Shown: positions 59,409-61,791 of the stretch, one piece after another | Position numbering within the stretch: position 1 is the stretch's first letter | How the letters are laid out: every line of letters begins with the position of its first letter | NCBI GenBank assembly: GCA_015232565.1 | Contig: JADFZK010000013.1 | Span: forward strand, 1 to 61,791 | Length of the DNA: 61,791 bases | Source: Candidatus Omnitrophota bacterium | GTDB taxonomy: Bacteria > Omnitrophota > Gorgyraeia > Zapsychrales > Fredricksoniimonadaceae | Direction: 5' to 3' | Made by a program: the position numbers and the translations under genes | Notes under the pieces: model-generated | Seen by the model: only the letters and a program-made list of their open reading frames with translations | Told to the model about the DNA's origin: nothing | Database searches by the model: none

Positions 59409-61103
59409 ATGCGCCTGAACATAATCCGTCACAGTATCCTGGTCCTTTTTCTCCTTATCCTGGGTAACCTTTTTTATTTGCAGGTCATCCGGGGCGGCTA
59501 TTACGCGCACCTGGGCCTGAGCAATTCGATCCGCGTGGTGCCATTTGAAGGAGCGCGCGGCCGCATCCTGGACCGTAACGGCAAGTTGCTTGCTCAGAAT
59601 ACCAAGGCTTATCATGCCGTGGTAGTGCCTCAGGATATTCGTGATAAACGGGCCCTGTTCGCTTTTATGGCGGATGTGCTGGGGGTCGAAACAGCGGTGG
59701 TGGAAAAACGGTTCCTGAAGAACAAATTAACCAAATTCGCTCCGGTCACCCTGGCCGATAATTTAAAGCGTTCCCAGGTCATCATGATCGAGGAGAATGC
59801 TTTTCGTTTTCCGGGGTTGATGGTGCTGGAGAAATTTTCCCGGCATTATCCTTCCGGTGATAGTGCGGCGCATCTGGTGGGGTATGTGGGTAAGGCCGAT
59901 CCTTTCAAGATGAATCGCATTACCGAATATGGTTTTAGCGCGGAAGATGTGGTGGGTTATTCGGGCGTCGAGGAATATTACGATGCCGTTTTGCGTGGTC
60001 AGCCGGGCGGCCGGCAGATCGAAGTCAACAGCCGCGGTCAGCAGACGCAATTGCTGAGCGTGCGCGAACCCGTCGATGGCACCAGCCTGACGTTGACTGT
60101 CGACCGGGATATTCAGCGTTCTGCCCAGGAAGCTTTGTCCGGGCGCCGGGGGGCGGTGGTGGTTATGGTTCCGGCCAGTGGCGAGGTCCTGGCGGTGGTA
60201 AGTTCGCCTTCATTTAACCCGAATGCCTTTATCAGCAAAGAGGATCGTGAACCGGTGGCGCAATACCTGCAGGATCCGGCGGCGCCTTTGCATAATCGCG
60301 CCGTTTCCGGAGCTTTTCCGCCCGGATCGGTTTTCAAGATCCCGGTCTCCCTCGGCGGATTGGAAGAACGTAAAATAATACCGGCTACCACTTATGACTG
60401 CCCCGGATATTTTCAGATGGGCGACCGCACCTATCGTTTTCCGCATGCCTGGGGTGCCCAGGACCTTACCCGGGCGCTGGCGCATTCCGCTAACGAGTAT
60501 TTCTTCCACATCGGGCTTTTGCTGGGATCCGACGGGATGGGCAAATACGCCCGGGCTTTCGGGTTGGGCAGCCGGACCGGTATCGATCTGCCCTCTGAAT
60601 CCAAAGGCAGTTTGCCGGGCTTAAATGTGGGGCGTTGGTATAAAGGGGACACTTTGAATATGTCGATCGGCCAGGGCTATGTTCTGGCCACGCCGATCCA
60701 GTTGGCGCGTTTGATGTCGGCTTTTGAGAATTCCGGGAATATGCCGCGGCCGTATATAGTGCTTTCCGGTTTGGCCGAGCCGGTAAAAACACAGTTTACG
60801 CATGTTTCTTTTCGCCCGGAAGTGTGGGCGGCGGTTCGCGCCGGATTAGCTGAGGTGGTTTCTTTGGATACCGGCACAGCGCATGCGCTGGCCGATATTC
60901 CTGGTGCGGTAACTTACGGAAAGACCGGTACGGCCCAGGCCGGCGCCGGGAAAGAGGACCATGCCTGGTTCGCGGGTGTTACCCGTACTGATAAGTCTGT
61001 TATAGCCTACTGCGTTTTTCTGGAGCATGGCGGCTCCAGCGCCAATGCCGTAGCTCTTACAAAAGAGCTCCTGACCGCCCTGCGCGATCAAGGCAAAATC
61101 TAG
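59409..61103 (+). CDS. mrdA: Penicillin-binding protein 2
   Basis: RG.I.DRNG, SxxK (SVFK), SAN, KTGTAQ. Confidence 0.94.
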   Translation: MRLNIIRHSILVLFLLILGNLFYLQVIRGGYYAHLGLSNSIRVVPFEGARGRILDRNGKLLAQNTKAYHAVVVPQDIRDKRALFAFMADVLGVETAVVEKRFLKNKLTKFAPVTLADNLKRSQVIMIEENAFRFPGLMVLEKFSRHYPSGDSAAHLVGYVGKADPFKMNRITEYGFSAEDVVGYSGVEEYYDAVLRGQPGGRQIEVNSRGQQTQLLSVREPVDGTSLTLTVDRDIQRSAQEALSGRRGAVVVMVPASGEVLAVVSSPSFNPNAFISKEDREPVAQYLQDPAAPLHNRAVSGAFPPGSVFKIPVSLGGLEERKIIPATTYDCPGYFQMGDRTYRFPHAWGAQDLTRALAHSANEYFFHIGLLLGSDGMGKYARAFGLGSRTGIDLPSESKGSLPGLNVGRWYKGDTLNMSIGQGYVLATPIQLARLMSAFENSGNMPRPYIVLSGLAEPVKTQFTHVSFRPEVWAAVRAGLAEVVSLDTGTAHALADIPGAVTYGKTGTAQAGAGKEDHAWFAGVTRTDKSVIAYCVFLEHGGSSANAVALTKELLTALRDQGKI

Positions 61104-61168
61104 CTCACGAACCCTCTTCGTGAGCACTCAAAAAACACGGCAATTTTTCTTACTATTTAGTTGAACGC

Positions 61169-61220
61169 TCCAACCTGTTTGGTAGGATGAAGTTGTTGAT
61201 CCCTACAAATAGAGGTTGGA
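61169..61220 (+). promoter_or_regulatory. Leader stem-loop occluding the SD of the downstream gene
   Basis: TCCAACCT (61169-61176) / AGGTTGGA (61213-61220) with inner imperfect pairing; GAGGT lies in the 3' arm, ATG at 61229. Confidence 0.5.
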
Positions 61221-61228
61221 CCTTTTAC

Positions 61229-61791
61229 ATGGCCCTTTCATACATATATAGATTTATATTATCGACGCGCTCTGCGTCTATAATTCTATTTAATATAATC
61301 CTCTCTATATTTTCTCTCCGCACTCTTGGCTCTCTGCTTATTTTGGCCGCAGTTTTTCTAACGCCCTCGGTGGCTTTTTCTGCTTCGGATATTCAGGCTG
61401 TGCTGGACTCAAAGAATGGCGCCAGTTCCTTTGCAATTCAGAACAGTGATTCGGTTAACGTGGCCAATGTGGATTCCCTGGGGAATGCCACATTCAATGG
61501 CAATTCCACCACTGTCGGAAAAGCTACCGCTAATGGCGGCCTGGTTATTTCTACCGATGCTACTTTTAACGGCGGCATGTCGGTAGCGGGGCATTCAGTG
61601 TTGAACTCGGCGGGTGTTACCGGGGCGCTTACTGCGGGCAATTTGACGGCGGGAGCTACCACCGTGGATTCGTTGTACAGCCGGGGCGCGGTGGGTATCG
61701 GGACGGTCACACCGGCCAGCAGTCTGGATATACGTGGCGGCGGGGTGCGGATATGGTCGGGCAATGCTGGCGCCGGACAGGATCAATTGAC
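61229..61791 (+). CDS. 5' part of an exported VGIGT-repeat adhesin / fibre-like protein (runs off the window)
   Basis: 187 open codons: MALSYIYRF...long hydrophobic signal..AFS-ASDIQ...ATFNG x2...GAVGIGTVTPASSLDIRG. Missing from the ORF track because it has no stop in the window. Confidence 0.8.
   Translation, partial: MALSYIYRFILSTRSASIILFNIILSIFSLRTLGSLLILAAVFLTPSVAFSASDIQAVLDSKNGASSFAIQNSDSVNVANVDSLGNATFNGNSTTVGKATANGGLVISTDATFNGGMSVAGHSVLNSAGVTGALTAGNLTAGATTVDSLYSRGAVGIGTVTPASSLDIRGGGVRIWSGNAGAGQDQL

Noticed and set aside
1-61791. CRISPR array, tRNA/rRNA, integrase, reverse transcriptase or DGR
   Set aside because: No regularly spaced repeats, cloverleafs, RT or integrase motifs were seen. 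MITE copy differences are not confined to adenines.

Overview
This is a bacterial chromosomal window from a diderm organism. The lineage is probably Omnitrophota/PVC-like, inferred from two protein types at the window ends and not verified. Most of it is housekeeping: csp, mntP, alkD, a periplasmic folding/redox cluster, lexA plus an orphan DNA methyltransferase, and a cobamide salvage/import operon (cobC-U-T-S, btuFCD, btuB) controlled by two B12 riboswitches. Further on are metH, trpB2, an ECF sigma/anti-sigma pair, addAB-like genes, yggS-proC-mtnP-ileS-dksA-lspA-lgt-rluD, aroA and mreBCD-mrdA. An accessory island of about 10 kb sits between btuB and metH. It carries a signal-peptide-bearing TcB/TcC-like SpvB-FG-GAP-RHS polymorphic toxin with an ADP-ribosyl-cyclase-like (Tox-ARC) tip, a probable immunity gene, a RAYT/Y1 transposase relic and two toxin-antitoxin pairs. 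Structure not visible in the ORF track includes: a 160-bp MITE-like element in two inverted copies plus related solo ends at the island borders; a relic 3' end of a second TonB-dependent receptor; an in-frame 87-bp palindromic insertion in a modular cargo-type protein; a candidate new LexA operator; apparently leaderless lexA and metH; and the open 5' end of a VGIGT-repeat adhesin behind an SD-occluding hairpin. No rRNA, tRNA or CRISPR array was seen.
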